This document shows positions 10,074 to 21,220 of a stretch of 64,000 bases of DNA, in pieces; position 1 is the stretch's first letter; every line of letters starts with the position of its first letter. The stretch comes from Neodothiora populina (lineage: Eukaryota): the NCBI RefSeq assembly GCF_041146345.1, contig NW_027191402.1, positions 806,001-870,000 on the forward strand. The letters run 5' to 3'. A program made the translations under genes and the position numbers. Below the pieces are notes generated by a model. It had not been told where the DNA came from, made no database searches, and was given only the letters and a program-made list of their open reading frames with translations.

Positions 10074-13000
10074 CTACATGAACAGATAAACAACTCCACT
10101 GCGATCCCCACTAACCACCATCCCGAATGGTCGCTCCACAACAGCGACGCAAGTGATGCTATCCTTGTGGCCTCTGAGTAACTGATGGGGACTGGCGCGG
10201 ATGATGTCGTATCTGCTGACTTTACCCCCTGCTGCTGCTGTGGCACCACTTCCGCCGCTGCCGTCGCGTTTCTTTCTTTCTCTGTCTTTTCCGCCTGCTC
10301 CAGGGCTGGCGCCGCTACTGCTGTCTCGGCTGGCGATCGAGTCCATCCTTGGTCCTGCTGATGGACGGGATGGGCTGGGTGAGAGATTGGGACTACCCGC
10401 TGTTGGCGTCTTGTCCTTGCCATATGACGGTGCGACAGACGTCTCCCCTGCGTTCTTGGCGACTGTCACACGCGTATCTGCACCTAGCATGCTGGAGCTG
10501 AACTCGCCTTGTCTGTTGATCGATTCGGTCTGTTTCTTCAGTGACGGTGCGTCAGAGCCGCTGACGACACAATTTGCGTCGAGTCGACTGGGATCCCAAA
10601 ATCTGACCTTCCAGTCTGGTCCACCAGAAACCAGATAATGATAACGAGGGTCGGACCCGTCGGGAGGTATATGCATTGACAGCGCAAAGCCGCGTACAGC
10701 TCCGGGAAAAGCTGGCAAATCTCTCTTGGCTCTAGGTGAATCAGTCGCTGCGACCTGCGGCTCGGCATGTGAGGCTAGAGGGACAGCATTCAGGATGCGA
10801 GTTGTCGAGGCTGCAGACGCCGTCGATTTCTCGTCGTCGACTGAAAGCAGTTCAAAGTCGCGCGCACTCAGACGAGGTGTATTTGTCATGCCGTCAGTCG
10901 AGTCCGGAGGAGCAGTGTGATACAGCTCGGTACATATCGTCTTCTCCAGGTCCCAAATCGAGACGTGTCCCGGGCCAGTGAACCCTGAAACGCATATCTT
11001 TTGCTTCTGATTGCTGCGGCGGCCAGGATGCAAGCTAATGTGATAGATCGGACTTGGGTGTTTCACAGTCCAAGACCTCAAACGAAGACGGAAACGCAAG
11101 TCCCAGAGATCGAGAACCCCATGAACAGTACCGATAACGAGCCATTGCCGACGTCGTTGTATCGCAAAGCTCGTAGGCGTCCCATGCTGGACCTGGTTGT
11201 GTAGCTCATAAACAATACTCATAGCATGCGGGTCTACAGCGAGGACACGAGACAAGTTTGTGAGTATCATAATAAGAGATTGACCTTCGCAACGAGAATG
11301 CTCGACTCCTACAGCATACTCGACACGGTTGTCCTGGGATGGAATCTTCCAGTTTCGTATCACCTGAAGCTTTCCGTAGCGTGGCATGCCATTTCCATCA
11401 TCAACGTCGACCTTGACAATCTGTACACTGCCATCTGATCCGGTGCTGATGAAGCTATACGTAGACTCGATAAAGGCAAGACACGTGACCCGCACGCCAG
11501 CGTCATGCTTGTGCGTTTGTCGAGAACGATGCGTAACGTTACGCTCGAAGCGCGCAGTATCCCACACTCTCACCGTACCATCATCTGAGCCAGTGAGGAA
11601 AAATGCATGGTCAGGCGCTACTGCTATGCAGTTGATCTGGCCACTGTGGTCTCCAAGCATAGCCACCAGTTGGCCCTGGGGTTTCCACGGTACGCTGTTG
11701 TGAGGATTGCCCAGGGATCGTCTGCTGGTCGGAACTCTTCTTCCAAAGTCCGAATCCTGGCTGACCGTCGTTGTGTACACAGAGTCAAGTAGCTTCAGTA
11801 CTGTCGGGTCATTTCCACGGTAAGAATGAGATGCAGGTGCCCTGGTCAAAGGCGGCGCGCCACTACGAGATGTCGGTCTGGAAACTAACTGCTGATTTGT
11901 GTCATGCGAAGGTGCGTCGAGTTGGCCGACGGCGTTGAAAGAGTCCATGCCAGTCTCTGCGGTCGCCTTGCCTGCAGCTTCCGCGTTGTTCAACAGATTC
12001 ATGGCACTGCCCTTGTGATGCAAATGGTTGTGACCATTTGTAGAAATCGTAGACGTCGGTGATAGTGGAGAAAACACCGAATTGTCCCCACTCGCCGTCT
12101 TTCCCTTGTTAACAGTGATTTTGTCATTGGCAGTAAGCTTCTGATCGATGGTCGGCTTTCCTGCAACACTAGGCGTGGGCTCTTCCATAGGCTCAAACAG
12201 AACGTTCTGTGGTTTTGGCATTGCTCTAGCAGAAGCGGCGGCAGAGCCGGCTGATGGACCCGAGGTCGAGGTTTGAGATCCTTGTCGCGTTTCTTTGGTT
12301 GATGACTTCCCAGACTGGGAAGGCGGCACCCTGACGTGAGGCGCCTCATCTATGTCATCGTCGAACAGAACATTCTGCAGCGGTACCCTGAGTGCAGCCA
12401 GCGATGCAATTTCGTTGTAACGAGACACTGGTGGAGTCGAATCTTCCTTGTCAGATCTGATCGTTAACTTCCAGATGTAATCGCGCAACGCCACCAATTT
12501 GACCTCATCTTCAGTTCGCATGCCAGCGACACGCATCTTTGACAACCACTGATCGTCTTCGTCGTTTTTTCCAGCCTTTGACAAGCCTTTAGTTTCGTTG
12601 GCACCATGGTAGAAATCCAGTAGCGCCTTGCCGACTGCATTCTCGAATGAAAAGTTCTTGTTCTGTTTCGCAGGCTTCCAGAACATGCCTTTGTCGTTCT
12701 TTCCAGCCCATGTCTTCGCCATGTCAAGAGCAGGTCGAGGAAATGACTTTTTCAAAGCGTCAAGGATACTGAGTTCAGTAAGTTCCGCAGAGGGTATTTT
12801 CAAGACCGGTCGCACCAAAGGCATGATCATGCTCCACGAATCTGCGTCAGACAGATGGGTCGTGCTTGCCTCCAGAAATTGTGCTGCGGCCTCTCGGATC
12901 CAGAGATTAGGGTGCAAGGTGAAGCGGACGATCATGAAGACAAGCTCCACAATAGTCCATCGTTGAAACAATCCTAGCTTTGCCATACTAGAGAGTGACC

Positions 13001-15038
13001 TGATCACTTGTTCCGTGACTGTCTCCTCAGGATCTGACAAAGCTTGTACCAGTAAGGGAAGGATGAAGTCTTCTAGACTCGGACCACCGATATAGGCTGC
13101 TACTCCAACAATAGCCTCAAAAAATGCACACTTGAGTGTCCAGTCGTCATCATTGAGATATGTATTCAAATGAGTTAAGATCAGATCTGCCGACAAGGCA
13201 TCGCCGAAGAAGACGCAGAGACTTGTGACAGATCCTAGAAACGCTCTGCGTACTGAAGGATCTTCATCGGTCAAAAAGATCTTGGTTTGCGCTTCAAAGT
13301 GCCTGATAAGATCTTCCCGGGTGGAGTCGTACGACTCTTGATAAGCAGCGTACGCTGCGACATCGTCTTCTGCTTCTGGGTCGGTCGATGGCAACGAACC
13401 GTCTGCTCGCAACGCTTGCATCATGTCTAAGAAGCGGGATGCTGTGGTTGCTAGGCTCGCTAGACAAGCTGCATAAGTCGCTCGAGAAGGGGCGGACTTC
13501 TTAAAAGCCGGCTGCTGGACGAATTTCTGAAGTCGGGGCAGGACATAATTGGGGAAGACAAAGACGTTCATAGGCGACAGGACAGTGACAATGGACAAAA
13601 GCTGGGTGATTGTCCGTAGTGCTGCAATTCTTACGTTCTCTGATTCGTCCTCCAATAAAGCAATGCTGAAAGGCAGAACTCTGTCCAGTTTCGCCTCATC
13701 TGTCAGTCTCTCAGCCAACGCAAGCAGCAACTCGCAAGCTTTCACCCGCGAACTTGCACGCGCAGTGCTGCGTAGGGACGCTATGATGACGTTCAGAAAT
13801 AGCAAGGCTCCATTATCGCCCGAGTGACTCGAAAGGTCCATAGCGCGGTGTCGCTCATTCGGCAAGTCGATAAGCAAAGGAAATAGATTGAGTCCGGAAC
13901 TAATTTGCGACTGGTCTACATCACTGCTCCGACGATCTGGTGGAGCAAAGCCGAGTGAGAACGAGATGCTGCCAAAGTCGTTGTAGATGCGCTCGATACG
14001 ATCATCCGAGCCACCGGAGTTCTTCTTGCTGGCTGTGACCGGTGCTTGTCCAGATGTAGGGTCGGTAATAACCTCCATATATTGGTGGAGGAAGTCCTCA
14101 AAGTACTTCGGAAAGACTTTTTCTCTATAGAAGTCAAGATATTCCGAAGCAGTGTAGCGCATGTCAGGGTTGACTTGAATCATATGACCAACCATCTCTC
14201 GGATCTGATCATCTTTGATGCTGTTGAGAGTGGTATGCACAGGATCATACTCGCCCTTGCGATACTTGAACAACTGACTCAGGGTGAAAGTTGGCTTCTC
14301 TGTGAAGAGTTCAGCAATAACGCATCCGACGCTGAATATGTCCATAGTCCAGGTGACGGCGTTCCAACGTTCGTGATCTGCCAGTGCGGCAGGATCCATC
14401 TTGTCAACAATTTCATGTTCCTTCAATTCCGCACTTGTCACGAATCGCTCAGGAGCGATGTAGCAAAGCCGACGCCCAGTAGTGTCAAAGAACATGGAGA
14501 ACATGGCTGGATTATCCTCTGGTAAGCGTGCCGGCTTGAAAGACGATGAAAAGTCGGCCAGATACAGCCAGTTCCATGTCGTGACCAACATGTTTTCTGT
14601 CTTGATGTCGCCGTGATAGATTTCTCGGGCATGACAGTCCCTGACAGCGCAGAGTAGTTGGAAAGCAATCCATTTCTTCTCGATTTCCTCGAGGGATGGG
14701 TTCGTGCTTATCCTATCATAGAGTGAACTATGGATATATTGGCGGGCCAAGTAACCGTTCGTTGGCGTTTCTAGGATACGATGATATGCAAGAGCATTGG
14801 GCACCTCTGCCAACACCTTTCTTTCATGAAACAATCTCGCAGCAACTTTGTCGAGGTTCAGGTTCGGGTATGATTTGATGAACACTTTAGCGACCACGAG
14901 TCCATCTTTGTGTCTTGCACGAATCGTTTTCATGAAACGAACAGCACCGAGTGTCTTTTCGGGCTCGAGATCTGCTAATTCAGGTACGTCTATGCCTGCG
15001 GATCCCGCAGACACATTGATAGAGTAACCTTGACCCAT
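10074..15038 (-). CDS. VPS15: Vps15 / PIK3R4 protein kinase, regulatory subunit of the class III PI3K
   Basis: Intronless 1654-aa ORF. N-terminal MGQ (myristoylation site), kinase domain (SLYDRIS, EKKWIAFQLL, HGDIKTEN, FKP..LPEDNP), HEAT region (KLDRVLP, HLNTYLND) and C-terminal WD40 repeats. Confidence 0.96.
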   Translation of the reverse strand: MGQGYSINVSAGSAGIDVPELADLEPEKTLGAVRFMKTIRARHKDGLVVAKVFIKSYPNLNLDKVAARLFHERKVLAEVPNALAYHRILETPTNGYLARQYIHSSLYDRISTNPSLEEIEKKWIAFQLLCAVRDCHAREIYHGDIKTENMLVTTWNWLYLADFSSSFKPARLPEDNPAMFSMFFDTTGRRLCYIAPERFVTSAELKEHEIVDKMDPAALADHERWNAVTWTMDIFSVGCVIAELFTEKPTFTLSQLFKYRKGEYDPVHTTLNSIKDDQIREMVGHMIQVNPDMRYTASEYLDFYREKVFPKYFEDFLHQYMEVITDPTSGQAPVTASKKNSGGSDDRIERIYNDFGSISFSLGFAPPDRRSSDVDQSQISSGLNLFPLLIDLPNERHRAMDLSSHSGDNGALLFLNVIIASLRSTARASSRVKACELLLALAERLTDEAKLDRVLPFSIALLEDESENVRIAALRTITQLLSIVTVLSPMNVFVFPNYVLPRLQKFVQQPAFKKSAPSRATYAACLASLATTASRFLDMMQALRADGSLPSTDPEAEDDVAAYAAYQESYDSTREDLIRHFEAQTKIFLTDEDPSVRRAFLGSVTSLCVFFGDALSADLILTHLNTYLNDDDWTLKCAFFEAIVGVAAYIGGPSLEDFILPLLVQALSDPEETVTEQVIRSLSSMAKLGLFQRWTIVELVFMIVRFTLHPNLWIREAAAQFLEASTTHLSDADSWSMIMPLVRPVLKIPSAELTELSILDALKKSFPRPALDMAKTWAGKNDKGMFWKPAKQNKNFSFENAVGKALLDFYHGANETKGLSKAGKNDEDDQWLSKMRVAGMRTEDEVKLVALRDYIWKLTIRSDKEDSTPPVSRYNEIASLAALRVPLQNVLFDDDIDEAPHVRVPPSQSGKSSTKETRQGSQTSTSGPSAGSAAASARAMPKPQNVLFEPMEEPTPSVAGKPTIDQKLTANDKITVNKGKTASGDNSVFSPLSPTSTISTNGHNHLHHKGSAMNLLNNAEAAGKATAETGMDSFNAVGQLDAPSHDTNQQLVSRPTSRSGAPPLTRAPASHSYRGNDPTVLKLLDSVYTTTVSQDSDFGRRVPTSRRSLGNPHNSVPWKPQGQLVAMLGDHSGQINCIAVAPDHAFFLTGSDDGTVRVWDTARFERNVTHRSRQTHKHDAGVRVTCLAFIESTYSFISTGSDGSVQIVKVDVDDGNGMPRYGKLQVIRNWKIPSQDNRVEYAVGVEHSRCEGQSLIMILTNLSRVLAVDPHAMSIVYELHNQVQHGTPTSFAIQRRRQWLVIGTVHGVLDLWDLRFRLRLRSWTVKHPSPIYHISLHPGRRSNQKQKICVSGFTGPGHVSIWDLEKTICTELYHTAPPDSTDGMTNTPRLSARDFELLSVDDEKSTASAASTTRILNAVPLASHAEPQVAATDSPRAKRDLPAFPGAVRGFALSMHIPPDGSDPRYHYLVSGGPDWKVRFWDPSRLDANCVVSGSDAPSLKKQTESINRQGEFSSSMLGADTRVTVAKNAGETSVAPSYGKDKTPTAGSPNLSPSPSRPSAGPRMDSIASRDSSSGASPGAGGKDRERKKRDGSGGSGATAAAGGKVSRYDIIRASPHQLLRGHKDSITCVAVVERPFGMVVSGDRSGVVYLFM

Positions 15039-15858
15039 GTTGACTTCTAGGCGCCAGCATTGTTGACAGGTTTCAAGTAGCCATTAACGAGGATGAATCT
15101 AGACTCTTCGCTGGTACTCCACGGTATAGCACAGAAGTCTCATCTAGACCGGATGTTCTTTATTACAACGAATGACTGAGCTGTGCTTCCATAAACGGTC
15201 ATGAGTTCACTCAAGGATTGACCAAGACGATAGTCGGAGGTTATAGGCGGGCTTGGCAGTCACTATCGCCCCCGTACTACGGAGATGGGGACTTACTGTA
15301 TACTGTGAACAAACAATGCAAACACGCCACTATGATCAAGGCAGTATAAAGTAACTGTGTAAGGTAAGGCAAGGTACCATCCAAATAAGACAATGCATAT
15401 TTCCTGCGACTATGTGCCAACACTGCTGACCTGTCGAATACTTCTCAAACTTGCCGTAGTCGCCGACGCAAAGACCTCTCCTTATACAGGAGAGCGACCA
15501 TAACACTTCATGAGCATGTCTGCAATTCGAATGTATCCCAAGGACAGACAAAATAATTACATCATATGTAAAACTGGTCCATGCTTGCGACGAGAGCCGC
15601 ACACACAAGAAGACGAGAAACATCAATATTGGTGGTTCATGATTTCTTTCATTATAGATATGTCTCATGATAATCAGGTATTCCTACGCTGAACCAAAAA
15701 AAGGGTATTCATGCGTTATACGTGGCCGGCCACATTGAGTTGAGGCTCATTGCCAGTTCGTCAAAATCGGCTTTCGCTTTTGAAAATAGAAACGCTAGCG
15801 CGGGGTAAATGTAATCAAATCATCAAGCAGTAAAGCAGATCGATCGAATGTTGTAGCT

Positions 15859-16326
15859 TTACTTGCTCTTGGCCTTGAGAGCGGCAGCATCCTCTTCTGC
15901 GAGCTCCTGGTCAATCTTTGCGCCCTTGGAGGGCTCGTTGCCGTGGGACTTGGCCTGGTATGTGCGTTAACAGAGGAGGCTTTACATTACAACATAGCTG
16001 ATATATAAACTTACAGGGAGGGTAGCATCCTTCTTCAATTGCTGGGTTTGCAGGCTCTCCTCCTCAGGCTCCTGCTCTCTCTTCTCCTCACGTTCGAGCT
16101 TGTTGGCGATAGATCTCTCGTCCTCTGTTCAATGGGGTCAGTAAGCGATTCTAACATAGACCATTAAAGGCAGATGCATACTGGAGTCGTTGGCGAGGTG
16201 AGAGTTCTCCTTGCCCTCGTGGAAGCGGGCCTCCTGCTTCTGCTGCTCGATCTCAGCGTTGGAGACGGTCTTCTGGTCGCCATCCTCGTAGACGGCGGAG
16301 TTGCCAACGTTGCTGTTTCCGGACAT
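15859..16326 (-). CDS. Small hydrophilic fungal protein (possibly stress- or conidia-associated), 3 exons
   Basis: Exons 16326-16182, 16124-16015 and 15954-15859 with canonical splice sites. Spliced product: MSGNSNVGNSAVYEDGDQ...RFHEGKENSHLANDSKDERSIANKL...DATLPAKSHGNEPSKGAKIDQELAEED...KSK*. Strong C/G third-position codon bias. Confidence 0.82.
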
Positions 16327-16814
16327 GTTGATTATGTGGTGGGGTGGTTTTGAGAAGTTTGAGTAGTAGCTAGAAATGTCTTGGGTATCAAATTCGTTAG
16401 ATGCGTGTAGAAGTATGAGTAGAGAGAACAACAAGCCCGGTGCGACGTCTCTTCTTAAACAAAATGCAGGACCTGTCGTGTGCCCAATACGTCACAGCAA
16501 GAAGGAATAGTGGCAGAGGGTTGACGTCACAGAGTACGAAGTTTCGAAGTCGTTCCTGAGCAAACGACTCCACAATCTCCACACGCTCAGACGCACGCAA
16601 TATTCAGAAAATCGTCATAAGAGAAGCAGTTGAGTGAGCCATGAAATCATTAGGATACCAATTGTGGAGGAAAATCTATGCCTGGGTATCTCAAGCTTGG
16701 TACTACCAGCCTCCCTTTTATGTAATATCCACAAACAACGCCAAAAATGCCGCGTGAAGTTCTCAATGCTACCATCGTCTTCACTGCGCTTGATACTACT
16801 TATCTACATCGGCC

Positions 16815-18505
16815 CTACTCCATCTCGATGGTGCCAGGTGGCTTGCTAGTGACTAGGGAAAATTAGTACACATTTTTGGTTAATTAATCTTCTGAAGTGA
16901 CTTACTCTCGTAGAGAACACGGCAAACACCGTCAACCTCGTTGACTATACGTGTGCTGATCTTGCTCAAGAACTTGGTCTCGAAGGGGAAGACGTCTGCA
17001 GTCATGAAATCGGTCGTCTGTACAGCTCGTAGAGCAATGACTTGAGCGTGAACTCTCTTGTCACCCATGACACCGACGGCCTTGACTGGTAGAAGTGCAG
17101 CGTAGGCCTGGCTCATCTGGCGGTAGAGACCAGCCTTCTTGATCTCCTCCATGAAGATGGCGTCGGCTTCTTGCGCAATGCGAACCTGCTCGCGAGTAAC
17201 TTCGCCAATGATGCGAATGGCGAGGCCGGGGCCAGGGAAGGGGTGTCTCCAGACAAGATCCTCTGGTATGCCGAGCTGGGTACCGAGCTCGCGGACCTCG
17301 TCCTTGAACAGCTCGCGGAGGGGTTCAATGAGCTTGAGGTGCATGCCTTCGAGGAGGCCACCGACGTTGTGGTGAGTCTTGATGGTGGCGCTGGGACCCT
17401 TGAAGGAAATGCTCTCGATAACATCGGGGTAAAGAGTTCCTTGGAGCAGGAACTCGATGTCGCCAGCCTTGTCGGAACCGTGGGCGGCTTCTGCAATCTC
17501 CTTGGCCTTCTCCTGGAAGATCTCGATGAAGGTGTTGCCGATGATCTTGCGCTTCTTCTCTGGGTCATCCTTGACGCCCTTGAGCAGATCGAGGAAACGA
17601 TCGCTTGCATCAATGACGGTCAGGTTGATGCCCAGTCCCTTTGTAAGAATCTCCTTGACCTCCTTGGCTTCGTTCTTGCGAAGGACACCGTTGTCGACCA
17701 TGACGGCGTGGAATCTGTCGCCGATAGCCTCCTTCATGAGCTTGGCAGCAACAGTGGAGTCGACACCGCCCGAGACGGCGCCAATAACCTGTCCCTTGTC
17801 ACCGACAAGTGCTCTGATTCTCTCGAGCTCCTTGCCGATGAATGCGCTCATGGTCCAGTTTTGTTGAGCCTTGCAGATCGAGACGGCGAAGTTCTTGAGC
17901 AATTGAGTGCCCTTCTTCGTGTGTGTGACTTCGGGGTGGAACTGAATGCCATAGATCTCCTTCTCTTGGTGTGCGATACCAGCATAAGGCGAATTGCCGC
18001 TCTCGGCCACAACGACAAAGTCTTCAGGCAGCTTTCCGAGCTTGTCTCCGTGACTCATCCAGACCTCCATATCCTTCTCCAACCCCTCAAAGAGGCGGTC
18101 GACGTGCTCCTGCTTGCCAGAGTGCTTGGTGACGTTCAGCGTAGCGTGGCCGTACTCGCGCTTCTCGCCAGCGATGACGTTCTTGTTGTCGGCGCGGTAG
18201 GCAATCTCCTGCAGACCGTAGCATATTCCCATGATCGGGACTCCGAGATCGAAGACGGCAGGGTCGGCGTGAGGTGCGCCATCCTCGTAAACAGAGTATG
18301 GTCCACCAGACAGAATGACACCCTTGGGCTTGAAGTCGAGATCGGCAATCTTTTGTGTGCAAGGAAGCATCTCACAGTAGATGTTGAGCTCACGCATACG
18401 GCGCGTGATCAAGTGAGTGTATTGCGAGCCGAAGTCGAGCACCAGGATGGTGTCGAAGGTCTTCTTGGGCTCCTGGGGGAGCACTCCTGCCTCGTTGTCG
18501 ACCAT
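16815..18505 (-). CDS. GUA1: GMP synthase (glutamine-hydrolysing)
   Basis: ATG at 18505; intron 16905-16853; last exon [12 protein letters not shown]. Motifs [44 protein letters not shown] and RHPFPGPG. Confidence 0.97.
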
Positions 18506-18892
18506 TGCAAAGGTGTTCGTGCTGGGGTAAAAAGAAGAGGTTGGAAATGAAGGAGAAAAGCAGCAAGAGATGGAATTGAGCGAGATAATAAGTTGCAATG
18601 AAGTCCGGTCGTGACTCAGAAACACGAAAAGAAGTCTTCCTTCCTCTTTTCCAAATGTCACAGTAAAATATCTCCAGACCCTGGCGGGGCAGTATTATAC
18701 AGGCGCTAGTCCAGAACAAGTAAAGTGGCTGGCGTTGATAAGGAAACCCCATCAATGAAATGCGCTTATCAGTACCTTAGTGTATAGCCATACAGCACAG
18801 TAAGGTAGCTTTACTGTACTCACCCTATCGATGTGCGTGAAGAATGATCGGTCCTTATTTCCTATTTTATGGCGTTACAGCTAAAGACTCCC

Positions 18893-19876
18893 TCAAGACG
18901 AGTACGTCTTGTCCAACCATCCTACCAGCGCCTCGCCAAACTCCTTTGTCTTGTCAAGGAAGCCCCAGTGACTGCCCTCCAACTCAATCTTAGTCAATTG
19001 CGGTAGTAGTCCAGCCTGCTCAGGAGGACCAATAAGCTCCTTCCTGCATACAAAGTCCTTGTCGTAGCCAATGAACAGAGCAGGGACATTGACAAGAGCG
19101 GAGTCGGGGGACACTTCATTGTCCTGGTGACCAAACGTGAGCGCCCTGTACCAGCACAGAGGAGCTGTGAAGCCATCGCGGCCCATGCGCTCTATAAACC
19201 GCTGACGCATATCCTCGGTCGCGTATGCCTGCACAGCGACCTTTCCATCAGAGACGAGGAAATTTCGAAGTCCATCAGGCTTGCAGAACGTCTCGAGTTG
19301 ATGCTCTGGAGGATCACTGTGAGCAAGATCGAAGACACCACTGATGTGGCTATCGAGCACAGCAGCACCATCATCAGCAGTAAACAGCTTCCAGTACCAG
19401 AACGGGGCGTAACCGAAGACCTTTTCGGTCAGAGCGAGTACTCCGTCGAGATCGAAGGGCTTTCCCGTGGGTGGCGCGTAGGCGACGTTCATCATGACCA
19501 GACCACTCACCCGGGTGGGTGCGAGGTTGTACACTCGCTGGGCGAAGTTGCTGCCCCAATCGTGGCCGATTGAGATGACTTTGTCTACTTTCTCGGCATC
19601 TAGGATATCCGTGATATCACGAATCATAAGCGGAAATTTGTATGCTGTGGGGTCCCTTGGTTTAGCAGTGCCACCGTAGCCCAGGCAGTCTGGGGCAATT
19701 ACACCGTAGCCAGCTGGGACGAGATGTGAGTTGATAACGTCTGCCCATTCGGCTGCTTCGTCCGGGAAGCCATGCAGGAGTAAGACGGTGGGTTTTCCGG
19801 CTTTGGCTGGAGAGGTGTAGTAGGTATATGTCAACCCACGGGAGACGTCCAACGTTTTCTTTGTGATCTTGTCCAT
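18893..19876 (-). CDS. Alpha/beta hydrolase, soluble epoxide-hydrolase-like
   Basis: ATG at 19876 (MDKITKK). LLHGFP oxyanion motif, PDCLGYGGT, GHDWG nucleophile elbow, WYRA, and a catalytic His in GSHW. Confidence 0.88.
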   Translation of the reverse strand: MDKITKKTLDVSRGLTYTYYTSPAKAGKPTVLLLHGFPDEAAEWADVINSHLVPAGYGVIAPDCLGYGGTAKPRDPTAYKFPLMIRDITDILDAEKVDKVISIGHDWGSNFAQRVYNLAPTRVSGLVMMNVAYAPPTGKPFDLDGVLALTEKVFGYAPFWYWKLFTADDGAAVLDSHISGVFDLAHSDPPEHQLETFCKPDGLRNFLVSDGKVAVQAYATEDMRQRFIERMGRDGFTAPLCWYRALTFGHQDNEVSPDSALVNVPALFIGYDKDFVCRKELIGPPEQAGLLPQLTKIELEGSHWGFLDKTKEFGEALVGWLDKTYSS

Positions 19877-21220
19877 CCTCAACGGTTTGAAATGTCACTC
19901 ACGACTTCAGAGGTTGGTGAAGAGACAGAAGTGTAGAAACTCGGACAACGTGAGACGTGAAGAAGACAAGTGGGTCTGACACAAGGGTATGTGGAGTTAG
20001 AAAGTTGCGGAGACAAGAGAGACGATAGCCACTCGTATTAGTGAGAGGTTTGGGGATGATCATGCCACCTTGGGACGTGGCTATTGTTTCTGCATGGCGT
20101 TACAGCACGACTCCGAGCTCTACGGGTAGTGCTTACAAGCTTAGGAACTATTTCCTATTAAGTGAAGATCGATCAAGCGACCAAACGTGGTATAAGCAGT
20201 AGAGCTGAGGTAAAAGCGGTGGCATCGGCAAAGTGTACCCTTTTGACAGACTATATGGTGGGGCCCCTTTTTGAACTGGGAAAAGCTTGCGAGAGCTGTG
20301 ATAATCCGAGAGTCATCTGCGTTGTCTATTGGTATAGCCATCTCGGCAGGCTGAGCGCCATAAGAACCTGGATCGTCCAATCGGATTGGAGACAGAGGAA
20401 CTTTATAATGATTCCCAACTAAGGTAATGCAGTCTGCCTTATATTCAGGATATACATAGTGTCTTTACCTCGAGTTGACATGTGAATCATGTGTGATTGA
20501 TCACTGTGAGTCATTGCGATATCCCCACCATGACTCCAATGACTCGGCTCCGGGCTCGATCTTGTTTTCGAGCCCAGGAGGCTACACAGCTACGCAAGGC
20601 AAGAGTAAGGACAGGGTCGCCCTTTATCTATGCCTCTAGACCACACTACATGCCACTTCATATCCTGCTTTGGGTCGCCAGTGATTACCTACTCCTGACC
20701 TCAAGTCATATTCCGCGTCATCATGTCTTCTGGTCGTATGTGGTCAATCGAATGTGGGCTCCTTCGATCTTCACTTGCTGGAAAGCCAAATGCACGCGCG
20801 GTTGATTGCACATCATAGAAGTGAAAGGATAGCAATGAAGAGATAAGCGGTCTTTTCCCCTCGTAATCATTGGTTTCGTGTCATCTATGGAATTAAGCTC
20901 TAAAAGCTGATATGTTGATGTTGACTGTAAGAGAAAAGCAAAATGAAAGGGGAAATCTATGGGGGTCTAATCTATAATATCTATGCCTGTGCATGCGATG
21001 TTGGTTGTTTTGTGGTGATGACGATGGTGATGACGGTGATGGTGCTGCTGCTGCTCAAAACGAGAAGAGGGGAAATACCCGAATCGTGATAGGTTGCAGA
21101 ACCGGAAACACAAAATATCGATCGCTGCTTCTCCTCTTCCTCCTTCTTCGAATTATTACTATGTCACCCATTACTCAAGCGTGCTTCATTCAAATCAAGA
21201 AACTGAGATAAGGAATAATC

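Noticed and set aside
18506..18661. In-frame non-AUG N-terminal extension of GUA1
   Set aside because: Pyrimidine-rich 5' UTR-like sequence with no targeting-peptide character; the ATG at 18505 has good context.
18881..18895. Readthrough to cryptic peroxisomal PTS1 signals after enzyme stop codons (hydrolase, SDR, HAD, GUA1)
   Set aside because: Checked by eye: none has a TGA-CTA context or an SKL-like extension (e.g. the hydrolase gives GSL*).
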